Source of the DNA: Antedon mediterranea
Taxonomy: Eukaryota; Animalia; Echinodermata
Reading direction: 5' to 3'
Length of the DNA stretch: 64,000 bases
Assembly: GCF_964355755.1 (NCBI RefSeq)
Contig: NC_092676.1
Span: 22,648,871 to 22,712,870, forward strand
The translations under genes were made by a program, and so were the position numbers. Under the pieces are notes generated by a model, which worked only from the letters and a program-made list of their open reading frames with translations, had not been told where the DNA came from and did not search any database. Position 1 is the stretch's first letter; each line of letters begins with the position of its first letter. Shown one piece after another: positions 38,022 to 50,900 of this stretch.

Positions 38022-39266
38022 CTAAGCGATTCCACTGTCAATGCTTTTTTGTGTAAGTGTCGATTCGGATTCAGTAAGTTTTTTGTGTCCTTTAACGACG
38101 GTTTGAGTTGTAGTGAAGTTTTTGTCAACAAGGTCTAAAGTTTCGGTCACGATAGCAGAATCATCGGACATATCATCAATTGACTTACGTCTACTGCTCC
38201 CTGGTTTACTATTATCAATGTTAATATTATCATTTTCATCGCAATTGTTAAGTTCTTTATATTCTCCACATATATGTGACTTGTCTTCCTCATTTATGAA
38301 ATCGCTATCTATTTTTTTTTTTTCACTTTTTACGCTGAACATTCTCACTAAGTCGCGGACACTACTTGCTCTACGTTCAAGTTTTTCTTTTTCTGGTTTT
38401 TCCTCTATGTATGATTTAGTAAGCGGCTTAATGTTAACATTATTCTTGGAACTCTGTCTACGTATTACATTGTCATTAATATTTTTCACATTAATAGCGT
38501 TCATGTTGTGGGTATCTCTTATGGCAAGATTCTTCTGTGTTTTGTTATCTGTTTCAATATTTTGCAGATGTATTCTATCTTGTATATTTTGTCGTGTACT
38601 TATGGAAATATCAGGTAAATACATGGCGTTTTGGTGAACTCTAGTACCAATCCTTGATTTTGGATTCACGATTAGGCTATCATCTACTTGTACTGGATTT
38701 TTACGATGAAGATTCATGTTAGAATCTACTAGTGAGTTGTAAGGAGTATCTTTCATGTCGCAAGTATCATCAAAGTCGTTTAATGTTGCTTCTAAGAAAT
38801 CTAATGTACTTTGTTCCTCTTTTGTTAATTGGTAGAGCCTGTGGTTTGATTCTTCAACAACTTTTGCCGCTGCTTTTCGCTCGGTTGTTTTCTTAGTGAT
38901 AACACCCGCAACTTGTTTTCGCAAACTCTGCATTGTTTCTTGCAATTCAATTGTACGAAGCTCTTGAGCGGTCTCTGCTGCCGGCAACAGACTTGCCGGT
39001 TTTTCCTGACTCATATCTCTGAAACGTTCAGTAGGCACGTAATCACGTCCGTAAAAATGCCAGAATGGGTGTACGTCAACCGAATTCTGCAAATGAGACG
39101 GTGGACCGTGATATGACATTTCATTAGGTTGGTCTATAACACCGCTTTTTATGATGTAATCCATCGGTGTTTGCAACGTCTGACGGAAATAGCCGTTAGA
39201 TTCTTCGTTATGAAGGGCACGCTCTGGCATCGTCAGATCCTCAGACCTGGAGTAAGCACAACCCAT
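38022..39266 (-). CDS. Gene D: uncharacterised 414-aa mostly disordered protein with MGC N-terminus and SARG/PROSER2-like motif
   Basis: Longest ORF in the window (1245 nt in AT-rich DNA); start context attATGG; splice acceptor tttatttag 36 nt upstream of the ATG (exon starts 39302); AT-rich 3' region. Confidence 0.85.
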   Translation of the reverse strand: MGCAYSRSEDLTMPERALHNEESNGYFRQTLQTPMDYIIKSGVIDQPNEMSYHGPPSHLQNSVDVHPFWHFYGRDYVPTERFRDMSQEKPASLLPAAETAQELRTIELQETMQSLRKQVAGVITKKTTERKAAAKVVEESNHRLYQLTKEEQSTLDFLEATLNDFDDTCDMKDTPYNSLVDSNMNLHRKNPVQVDDSLIVNPKSRIGTRVHQNAMYLPDISISTRQNIQDRIHLQNIETDNKTQKNLAIRDTHNMNAINVKNINDNVIRRQSSKNNVNIKPLTKSYIEEKPEKEKLERRASSVRDLVRMFSVKSEKKKIDSDFINEEDKSHICGEYKELNNCDENDNINIDNSKPGSSRRKSIDDMSDDSAIVTETLDLVDKNFTTTQTVVKGHKKLTESESTLTQKSIDSGIA

Positions 39267-40789
39267 AATGTAGCTACCTCCTCACTGACAGTTAGAACAT
39301 CTCTAAATAAAGTAAAAAATAAATATATTCATTAAAACCTGAATTTTTTTCTAGATGTTTATGATTTATTTTTTATGATTTTTATTTTGTGTTAAAGAAA
39401 TGATTAAAAATAAGGATGCCTAAATGTGATTTCTATCCACAAATTATTGTGCAACCATTGAGTCTAGTTATTCTGGTAAATTTCATGTTCCCCCTGCCCC
39501 GTTCATAAACAAAGGGAAACTCATATAATAATATACAATTCTGTACACATCTTTCAGTCTATGGTAAAACATCTGTCAAATCAAATCTAAATTTCAATAC
39601 TTTTTATTGAAAAATTATATAGTTGAATTAATATTTTCAATATATCAGTGGATGTCATATTTTAAAAACAAATCTTAAAAAAAAAAAAATAAATATCAAA
39701 ATTTAAAATATTTAATAATAATTATGTTATGATAGTCATATATTAAACATTATGAATGTTAAGCCATACTTTTTCTTAATTCAACTAATGCAACTTTAGC
39801 AATATCCAGGGTTATAATAACCATGACAAAGGGTTAAAATAATTGACATCCAGGGGCTTAATAAATCATATATAATGTTACATGATGATTTTATTAGTTA
39901 TACCATAATAATACACTTATTTCAAGAGAAAAACAATTTAAATAGATTTCATAAATTTTCTTAAATAAAGTAATTATCTGAGGTAGCAAAACGGTTTATT
40001 TATCTATTAATATTATTACATATAAAAACATACAGAAATATTAAAAAAATCTCTTTTTTTTAATCTCCTTTTCCTCCATTTAACTCATACATTCATACCG
40101 ACATTCTTACATTTTGATTTTAGCCTTTGTTTCCTTTTCTTTAAAAAAATAAATATAATGAAAAAAACAAAAGGAAACAAAAGGCAGGAAGGAAATCATA
40201 CATGATTGGTCAAACAGATATGCAGAAAACAAACCTATCTAGAAATGACCCTACAACAAAATACAAAGACATGGTAACATTTTGTTGATTGTAAATATAG
40301 GAGAAAAACAAAAAGTTCTACTGCAGTATTATAAGAGAAAAAAGTTATACTAATAATATTAATATATATGCAACATCTCATTCAACTGTAATCACATATT
40401 GATATTGGTTGCAATTTAACGTGCGTTGTATCCTAGTTGTGAGGGTGTTGTTGCACACACTCCTCCCTTCACCACGTTAACAAAAATCTTAGCCGACACT
40501 ATGTAGCTTTAACTTGTAGGTCTGGCAATTAGGTGTTACGTCATGCCATAAATAATGACTAACATTTTGTCCACCGGCCTTCTCACTGCCTCTTATTTTA
40601 ATACTGCTAGATACACCATTCCAATTGGTGTTGTAATTTCAAATGTTGTTAGGTTCAAGAGATCTACTTAAATGTATTGGTTCAGTAAACATCCCCACTT
40701 TAGGAAAAAAAATAACAGCAGGCTCTACACCAAATAATGTTTGATCTCAACATTCTTATTTCAAGTATACACAGAACACTAGAGACTAT

Positions 40790-41424
40790 GGGTATGTTCA
40801 GACTCACGGATTTACGGTGGAGTTAGCTACGCAAGGCGTACGGTAATCTGTGGCGTTAAAAGCCAAGGTGTTCAGATACAACGACCAACATTCCAATGCC
40901 TTGCGTTTAAAACACTCTGATCAGGTCAAAGCAGTTAGAACTATATGTATACATTCATGACAATTACATTGTTTTTTGTTTTTTTTATTTATATAATGTT
41001 TACCTTCAAATATACTGATTTGTTCTTACTACAAAATAATTTAAAACGTAATTGTTACACGGACAATTATCTGATTAATAGATTTAATTTATGAACATAT
41101 CATATCACTGACGCCAACTTTACTGTTCTTTAAAATCTGAACCTGAAAATACATTTGACATAGCTATTTGGCTGTCGTATCATAGGGTACGGGTATGTAG
41201 TTGCTGTCTGCTAATCGTGGTCGTGTATTTTCATTGGTTAAGGTTAAAATCACTGATGCATCACTGGATTAGCGTTATGAAATCTACCCTCTCCCGCTAG
41301 AGTTATTAACGCCACTGGCGCGGAGTAACAGCTCCCTAACGCTAATCCGCGGCATGGTTCAGACACAAAAATATGTACGCCGCTTACATAACTCCACCGT
41401 AACTCCGTGAGTCTGAACATACTC
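40790..41424. mobile_element. MITE, probably PIF/Harbinger
   Basis: 36-bp TIR G(G/A)GTATGTTCAGACTCACGGA(T/G)TTACGGTGGAGTTA with 2 mismatches; 3-bp TAT duplication on both sides. Confidence 0.85.
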
Positions 41425-42184
41425 TATGTCACAGAATAAATCTCCTCTATTTGTAAACCATTTTAAAACGAATGTCTGTCATCTGGTAACAAATTTCACA
41501 CAGAACAACAGTTACTGTATTTGAAAGAAATTTATACAAAATACACTTTATACTTCATTTGGCTTGTTTAATAAGATTTGAATATTGTAACTTGCCTTGG
41601 AGGCAAGTAAATCAAACTTACTGGATTCTTTTGAAGTTTTTAGTTAACATGATCCAAAAAAAATAAAAAATTTTCTGTAAAATAAATAAATCAAAGTAAT
41701 TTGATCATGCAAAATTCAGGTTTTCAAACTTGGTATTTTAATACTTAGGTTCATGTACTTAAATACACTTCTAGACATTTAAAAAATGCAATGCAAAATA
41801 TAGAACAAAATGTTAGCTTTTAAGTTCAGCATTTCATTTTTTGGCCTTGGGTTTGCCCTTGCATATAACAACATACCTCCCCTCACCCACCACGTCCTGT
41901 GTTCCCTCTGGAATGAAGTATCAATAACTGTCACTAACTACAATCATAGACAAACAACCTAAATCAAAGAAATAAATACTCCATACACATTACACAATAA
42001 AATGCAAAAATTATTTACTTAAATATAAAATTGTATCTTTCTGTCCTTGAAAACTTGGTCAATCTATTTGAAAATAGGCCAACATCTTTGCTCTAACTTA
42101 GACTTAGTTTTTATTTATGAAAATAAAGATGTTCAATCATACTTACCTTAATGAAAGTAATGTGATAAAAAGTTACTTCTATAT

Positions 42185-43073
42185 AGGCCTTTTCACACAG
42201 AACTTCGGCAATATTGCGGTAAGCAAGCCGGCGTTATTGCCGGTCTAAACCCATTCACACAGAAGGTAATATTACGGTAATTTTACCGTCTTCTGTGTGA
42301 AAGGCCACAGTGGAAAGGCGCAATATTTAAAGATTACTGTCTTCATAAAATAGAGGTCGCACTTTTTGAGAAAAGAAAATGGCGGGCACCTGCACAAAAC
42401 ATGCCATGCGCGCACATGTTTGCTGATGTTGTTTTGTGTGTCCGTCGTTTAGTTTTTTTATTTACGATGCATAAAATCTATATTTTTGCCCAACACCACT
42501 CCGTGCTAATAACTGCCCGATCGTGATGGCCATTCTACAGAAACAAAATCTATTAGGCCTACAAATAGACGCGAATTTAATTATCAGAAGCTGTTATGAG
42601 CTAGCACCGGGAGCGCGCACCGGAGGATGTTCCTGCTAGAACTATGCTAACTAGGGCCTAGGCTTACGTACGTTACAGCAAGTATAATCTTTGGACCAAC
42701 ATCTGTTATATTTTTATTATTATTGGCCGTATTCTTCCATTGTATTATTTACAAACTAACCTAAAAATATATAATATAATGGATATAATCTAATAATTTG
42801 GCCTAAAGTAATTGCCACAGTCTTTCTCAATCAAGGAAAATGTCCCCAATTTATCCTCTTTGCCTTGCTTCACTGCGTAAGCAGGCGTTATATCGTGGAC
42901 TCTTTCACACAGATCAGGCTTACGACCGTGACGGTAATATTACCGCAATTTTACTAGGTCCAGAGGCGGTCTAACGGAAGCCGGCATTAAGGGGTTTTTA
43001 CCCTTTCACACATAAGCCGGCGTTCGCGAATTACCGCAATATTACCGTCTTACAGCTCTGTGTGAAAGGGGCT
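42185..43073. mobile_element. MITE, probably PIF/Harbinger
   Basis: TIR AGGCCTTTTCACACAGA vs reverse complement AGCCCCTTTCACACAGA; TAT duplication on both sides; multiple subterminal TTCACACAGA and ATTACCG repeats at both ends. Confidence 0.82.
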
Positions 43074-44325
43074 TATGATCCAATATAGTGTCAAGTTTGT
43101 AAGATGATATCGGTACTTACATTTCCAGAGAACTTGACGTTTCGCCTACTAACAGCAAGGCATAATCATAAGTGAATACGTTCTGGTGACGTAGCGGTGA
43201 CGTTACGGTGATAGAAGTAACTTTTTATCACATTACATTAACAGATCCAAATGAACTTATTTAATAATCTTAATGAAAGTAGTAGTAAAATCAACACAAC
43301 AATATCTTTCCAAATTCAAATTGTTTATACTGCATTATACAACTTAGTAATATCCTTATCATTCTACAATGAGTATATTTATTATAAGACCTTTATTAAC
43401 TACATTCTCTTGGTACCACTTATTGCTATGGTAACATATCAAAGGTTAGAAAACAAAGATTTTCCAGAGAAGACCTTTAGCCTGTGACATCATTCACAAA
43501 ATAAAAACATACTTGTCTACATGGTTATAAGTTCAATAACTTTTCATACATAAAGACTATAAATTTTCACTTTTATATTTCTGGGGAAATGCAAGTGAAT
43601 TGGACTGAAATAAAAGGACTGTGTTTACAAAAATTGTTAAACCTGCTGAACATGCTGCTACCAGTGGCAAGAACATGTTGAATGTCAGTTATTCATGAAA
43701 ACTGCAAAAAAACTGCAAAACTTGCATGATTCGCTATTTTTTTTTGTATGTGAAAGGTCGCAAATGATTGGTGTGCACCCTTAAAATTGAAATTTAAATG
43801 CATGTTAAAAAGGTGTGAGTAACACTACTTCAGATGCTATACTGCAGTTAGTAGTGTCTGGAAAAAGCCCAAATTATGTTCTGAACTACTCTATAACATA
43901 TAGTAGTTAAAATATTGTTGAAATTAAATTAGTAATTTTCCAGGAAAATGTTAAATTCACCATTATAATATAAATTATAATTGATGCATAACAGTAATAT
44001 GTAAAATCGGTCATATAGGACTGTTAACATATCCTTATACTAATAGTAGCTTACTTAAAGCACTACACAGTGATACAAAATAAGTGTTTTACTTTACAAA
44101 CTTAGCACAGACTTGTCAAGTTTCAAGATAAACATTTCAAAGTTTACAGTATAAACACAAAACTGTGTAATAAAGATGAGTTAAGTAAAACATGTCAAGC
44201 TAATCTTAAGATAAAAGGGATGACAGTAATTGTAACAGAATAATTGTAGAATAGATTGGCAGCTACCAAATTACCATCCAATTATTATAGTTCTCAGTAC
44301 GGTACTGATGTCTCTATGACAAATT

Positions 44326-44554
44326 TAGTGGTGGCACCAGAAGGGCCTTCGTTGGGGAGAGCCGACCTCCGTCGGGTGGACTTACCATGGTTGTTGGGGA
44401 GAAATATTTCCTATTAAAAGTAAAACAATACCCTACTGAGTGCCTATTCAAGAATTTTCATAAAGCATCAGGCTACACTTAAATGTCAGTTGCAGAAAAT
44501 GGATGTGCTTCACATGCATGGCCCTCCGTCAGGCAAATTCTGGCGCCACCACTG
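44326..44554. mobile_element. hAT-type MITE
   Basis: TIR TAGTGGTGGCACCAGAA vs CAGTGGTGGCGCCAGAA; 8-bp TSD GACAAATT/GACAATTT (1 mismatch). Confidence 0.75.
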
Positions 44555-46987
44555 GACAATTTGTTTTTTTAATACAGCATCTTCCACATGTGATTCCTGT
44601 ATCATGGATGGTTAATAATTGGGTTAGCGTCTATAATACAATTGTTTCACACATGGTGCTGTATCATATATTTTGCCTGATAAAGGACCAAGAAATGAAA
44701 ATGCTTGGTTTTCTTAACAATTAATTATTGTTGAAAGAAACCAATTAACTTTAGACTTTTGAACAGATGGTAAAGAATTTGTAAAATATTACACATGACA
44801 ATTATTGTGGTTGTATCTTGATTACTATTATTTGTTTCCTAAGGGAAAAACAAAAAACCTCCAAAAAACCAAAGGAAATAAGTCGTATATTGTGGGTTTT
44901 TTCCCTCCATCATTGTTCCTTTAAATAAATGAAGAGGGAAATATTTCTGAAAAAAAAAACACCCGAAAACAAAGGAAATAAGTTATCTATTTGTATCTAG
45001 TTATATTATGTATTTTGCAAGATATGGATGCAATGACAATATGTTCAAATATAAATAATATTTAAATCTTTTTTTAAAGCCAGACTTTCTTTTTCTAATT
45101 GATCTTAAGCACACAGTACCTGTGAGAATTACTGTAAATAGATTGGTCTAAACAATTATTTAAAGAAATGTGATATAATTGAAGTTGGCGGTGATGTTTA
45201 GATAAAAGGTTAATCTTGTCTCAAGTCTTAATTGTTATTGGAATTAAAATAAGAATTAGTTTTCATATTTAAATGTTTTTTTTATGGATTAATTAACATA
45301 AAATTAACACAAAATTACTATTTTACTATAAAATAAATTGATACTGTAGGAGGTTGGTAGAAAAATAATTTCAAAGCAGATCTATGGTATAAAGCCTGAA
45401 ACTGAACAAACTGAACCCAATTTTCAATCCGGTGGCTGGATAAAATATGTGAAAAATTGTTTACCTCATTCTAGATTCCTAACAAATTGTAAAAATCGAA
45501 AAACGTAAAATAACCTGGCTCAATGTAAACGTAGCTGTACAGTACTTTTTTTTCTGGGTGGATTATTGGACAAACTAAAATCTACTGCAGTAATTAATCA
45601 ATGGGTGTGGCCTGTCAAAAAGTGGTCAGATTGAAACCACAGGCTACTTGGTGGGTACATCCCAGTGCATAGTACATGGTACGTATATCAAATTTAAATA
45701 ACAATAAAAAATATTCAGGTTTTGTTAATATACAGTATATTGCTTCTTTTCTGTAATAAATAGCTATTATACTGTAGTTACTGTAAATCCATGACAGTAC
45801 AAATCCTTTTCTTTTATTATCTTTTATTTTAAAAGTACTGCACTAGGAATGTCATGGGAAATTTACAAGTACATCATATCCTTTTTAACAATGAGCATAT
45901 TGAGATCTATTTTATTTATGACTGAAACTTTAAAGTCAAAGAGAAAAAACAACAAATGAATCAATTGTTTACACTATAGGTTTGTCATTTCATTCAAGGT
46001 AAAAACAACCACAACTATTTGATAGAAATGCACAGAGCATGTGAAAAAAATATTAAAGTATATGAAATTCCTTTGCATTGATGGACCAAAAGAATAGGAT
46101 ATTTAGGCATAATTAGCAATAAGAATAGCCTATTCATTCCTGAACTACTGAGGCAAAATTTTAGTTTATCTTTATGAATTTGAATCTTAGCAGGCCTACA
46201 GAAAATATGCATATGAAATGGATTTTTTGTTTTTATGAAATGACCCTATTGTTTAGCCTTTACACTATTTAATTACACACAAGATTATAATTAAACCATA
46301 AAATTAATTTTCTAGCAATTATAAATAAAAAAAAAATGTGTTTTTATAAAACATTTTGTGGCGTCACTAACTATTTGAAGTAGCCTATAATTTTGTATAA
46401 ATTGCTTTTTATTAAATTTATTAAAAACAATGTATATAATATACAGTAACGTATAAATTATAATATTAAATAAAGGCTATGGAATTGAAATCATTACCCC
46501 AGGCTATTTAACTGTTATATTATAATTCATATGTTATAATAATTCTAAAATAAAGTTCATTTTCAGGTCATTTAAGCAACATTGTATTAATTATTAATCA
46601 TTTTTATTGAATGTTTTTTTTCTATTACTTTTATATTGACTGACATGATTTGTAAAATTGAATAATAAAGTGTTCGGAACCATCATGAAATCCTTATCAA
46701 GATCAAATAAATAAAAAATAATGTTTTGCACAGAGAAGAGGAAATTCAATTCAATAATTAACAAATTTTCAGAAATGTGCCCGAAAGAATTGTAAATTTA
46801 AATTTATATTTGTTGGTTTGTCTTTATGATGATTACTCATGATTAAATATAAATAGAATTTTACTATACTACAGTAATTATCAATGTATATTTTATATAT
46901 TCTGGTCTGTGTTTTAATAGATAGAGTATAATTATGTCTGTGCATAGGGCAATAAAAGAGCGAGAATTCAATTGTTTAACCATTGGA

Positions 46988-47998
46988 CATGAATAACATT
47001 TAAGAAATTTGGAATATTCACATAATAATGTTCTGACCTGCACATGAATGCATTAGGGACAATATACATGAGCATGTTCTATCCTTGTACTTGAATACAA
47101 TTTTTAATTTAATTTTAAAAGTATTTTTGTATTCCTAGAAACCTAATGAAGGGGACACTTAATAATAGGGGTGTCCCCTGAATTGGCTGTAGTTTTAAAA
47201 CAATTGCACATATAAGAGAGTCGGAATGTTATAACTTGCGCATGAATACATTATACTGTACATTAGTATGTTGTAGAAGAATGAGATATAGAGATATAAG
47301 ATATTCTTAATGTTATAGCCAACATTGTTGCTTGTTGAAGAATGAAGGTCTTACAATGTTATTGCACATGAATACATAAGAGGCTGTGAGTATGTTGCTG
47401 AAGAACGAACATGAATAATGTTATAACATTTGCATGAATACATTAGGGGCTGAACGCGAGATATTTTGAATAATGTTATTCCCTTCGCATGAATACATTA
47501 GCGGATGTACGTTATGTGTTGTAGTTTGTGGAGAAATATGAAGGAGCATATCACGTGATACCGGTAGGCTGAATGCCAAACCCTAGTGCATGAATACATT
47601 TGACTGCTTTTGGTACTCTTTATACAGATTTGACCTGCAAGTGAATACATTAGGGGCTGTACACGACTTTGTTGTGGCTAGTTTGTAGACAAACGCGAAT
47701 GCTTGTAGACAAATTCTCTGCTTTACATTTCATACATGATTACATTAAGGAAACATAAGAATGTTGCGTATAATTTATTATTTGGCTTGTGCATGAATAT
47801 ATAATGAGTATAACATAAGTTAATTCTCAATAAAGTTATGAATACATTAGGGAAACTTAAGAATGTTCCTCATAATTTATTGGTTGCCTCATGTATGAAT
47901 ATATAATGAGGATAACATAACTATGTTCACGGTAATGTTTTAATACTATGTACTTGGTATGTTCTAAAAAATTGTCTATGATTCATGAATCACATTAG
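46988..47998. repeat. Array of CATGAATACATTA-core repeats with variable spacers
   Basis: About 14 copies of the core at irregular intervals (see findings). Confidence 0.75.
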
Positions 47999-50900
47999 CA
48001 GGCAGTGACTCTTAATGTAACATCCGCTAACTATAACAGTGTAAAGAAAACAACCACGACAAACGACGTTTTTCTCATTATTTATAATTACAAATTTCCT
48101 ATGTTTTGGTACATGAAAAAAAACCCAAAGTCACTGTTTCTTATTGCTCCAATTGAAACCATTCAAAACAATATGTACCTTCAATTTGGACAAAAATGTG
48201 TTGATAACGTTTTTTGCAAAGCAGCAAAAGTAAGCTATTGATACACGACCCCATACGACATGAATGTAATTTACAAAGATACTAATGTTCTTGCTGCCTT
48301 TGATGTAATAATCGTTGGGTTTTGATTACCATAGTAGCAGAAAGCTAAAAAGAAAGATTTCAAAAGATGTAATCTGTTATAGTAGTGTTGGATTAGCTTT
48401 CGTATTGGTTTCACTATCAAATGAACAAATCACAGATACTAAAATTGACGGAATGGAACTTAGTACCTTGAACAAAAACGTATTACAAAGACAAAAAGAA
48501 TGAAATAAGCAGTAGTATCATCATCAGCATTGACATCGGAAGAAGGGTTGGGTTTGTGAGACGAATTATATGAATCCAACAAATTTATAAATTTAAGAAA
48601 ACATATTTGATAACCAAATTTTCTGCATGGTAACCAATATTTATTAGTCTATATAGTTTCTGCAATCTAGAAATCTGAAAAACAGCAAAAAGTAAAAAAA
48701 AAACAAACACAAAAACCCCTCTTTTCTTCCCTTTTTTTAAAATTTCAACATACATCTAACTACACAGCTCGTCAATTACAGTATGGGAAACAAACTCATG
48801 TACTTTCCAAACCAATCTTATGAGAAAAATCCTGGTAGTGTGATGGATCCAAGATTTAAACCAAAACCCTGGTATTGTTAATCATATCTCTATTAACTAC
48901 CAAGATGAAATGCCACTAAACACGAGTACCTACGACAGGTGAAACAAGTAATGCATGTATGGAAAAATAAGGAAGTACATGCATCGCTTGCCATCCCTCA
49001 AATCCATCACCTATGATGTATCCAACGTGCAAAGCTAATGTCGAATGTTACTAATGTTACTTGGATTATACATAATCAATACGGTATGCACCTGTGATAT
49101 ATAACATTCAGAACCTCTGGCAATGTGCAATAATATAATGATATAATTAAAATAATCCTACATCATTGAATGTCAAATTATAACAAAGTTAATATTAAGC
49201 AAGACCATAGCCAGAATTGTTTACAGGTGGTTTGTTATAAGACTATAAAGGCCTATTTACCATTGTTTCCGGTGCTTGTTTCCAGCTTGAAAAGTGCACA
49301 TCAGGGGTTAAAATTAGGTTCAATAGACCCCTTGAATCTCCCTGGTTATGGTCATGATTATGTGTGTAATGTCTCCCATTCTCTTAAGGATGAACAAGTT
49401 AAGTAATAGACGTCTATGGTTTGTTTACGACACAGAAGGTATAACAAGTGTATTGATTGCTAATAATAGCTATAGAAATATTATAAGCAAAAGTTACAAC
49501 AGTACTATAAACAGGTTTGGAAAATTCCAAATACATCATATATGTATTTTTTAAATTGTAACCTCTAAGTACTGTGTTATTATTTCCATGAAAGAGTGAG
49601 TCAAAAAGATATTGAAATTGGATAAAAAATCATTTGAATTTTTATGTTGTAATCTATCTATAAATACATCTTATATCAATGATCGAAAGCATCATTACCA
49701 ATAGAAACAGAAGATTAGAATAAAAATCTATATCTTCTTTAAAAATTGTACAAAATCTTAAATAAATGTAAAACTCACCGGAAAAAAAAGCAGGTTAAAA
49801 TCACAATATAGCACCAGCAGACTATCAACCAACCTTTTAAAAAGCTTTGTCAAAATGAATACCATATCTAACGTTATTGTTCAGAAAATCTTGATCATAC
49901 AAGACTCAGTTAACTGTTCTTTTTCTCTTCGTTCACTCAACTGGCACATAATGTATCGACACAGAATGATCAAACAAGGTTCTTTCAAGTTGAAGTTCTT
50001 TGATGAACCAGTGACCTGGGCTTAATGGAACCAACCTAGACCCTAATCATACACGGCCCCATGAGTACAATACTTTACACCCCTTAAGTCAGGATCAACA
50101 TTATAGCATCTTAAATACAACACAATGCACTACATTCACTATAATCATATTAGGGGCGGGTAAATTAACATTTTAGCACAGCTGGTTTAGAGATTTAAAT
50201 AAAAAAAAGCCATATTAAAAATAGAAGTATAGTCAGCATGAGGTAGAATGAGGTCTGGAATATATGATTTTTATTTTCTTATGTTTGACTGGTTAGTTCA
50301 AAATATAATACGAAGTACAATCATTGTCTTGATAAACTGGTAAGAAAATTGAAATCATGTGGCAACTGCTTCAGAGGTATTGTACAATCAACCGGTGTCC
50401 AAGAATGTTTTCTAGAAGTGATTCATCATGATGAGCAACCATAGAAGAATCTGATTTTGAAGAATCAGCAGCAATTGGCCAATTAGTTTTTAAGCAGGGA
50501 CCAGTACGCAGCATATGAACGAGCATATTCTATAAACAACCATTATATTTGAAAATTTAAGCCATATCACAAACAATTATTCCAAAAACTGTAGGTATTT
50601 AAAAAAAAATTCATGTGATTTTAATGTGGTTTCCACAATATTGCTTAGTAACTGTAAACTAAGGCAGACTTAAATATAAATTTTCATTGATTGTAAAAGG
50701 TGCAGGTTGTCTAAAACTGTCAATTCCCAAAAATAAAATAGGGGATGAATTGCATGGGAACTAGGGAGAAGCCACATAGGTGAAATATGGAGAGTTAGCA
50801 TGTGACGCTATAAAGACAGAAAAAAAAAACATCTATTACTATACAGTAATTCCACATTCATTAATTTCAGCATGTCAATGATATACTGGAAATTAATTAA

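Noticed and set aside
38113-38637. + strand hydrophobic 174-aa ORF
   Set aside because: Antisense shadow of the K/N/D/E-rich part of gene D.
46988-47998. CRISPR array interpretation
   Set aside because: Eukaryotic context, short degenerate repeats, irregular spacer lengths and no cas genes.
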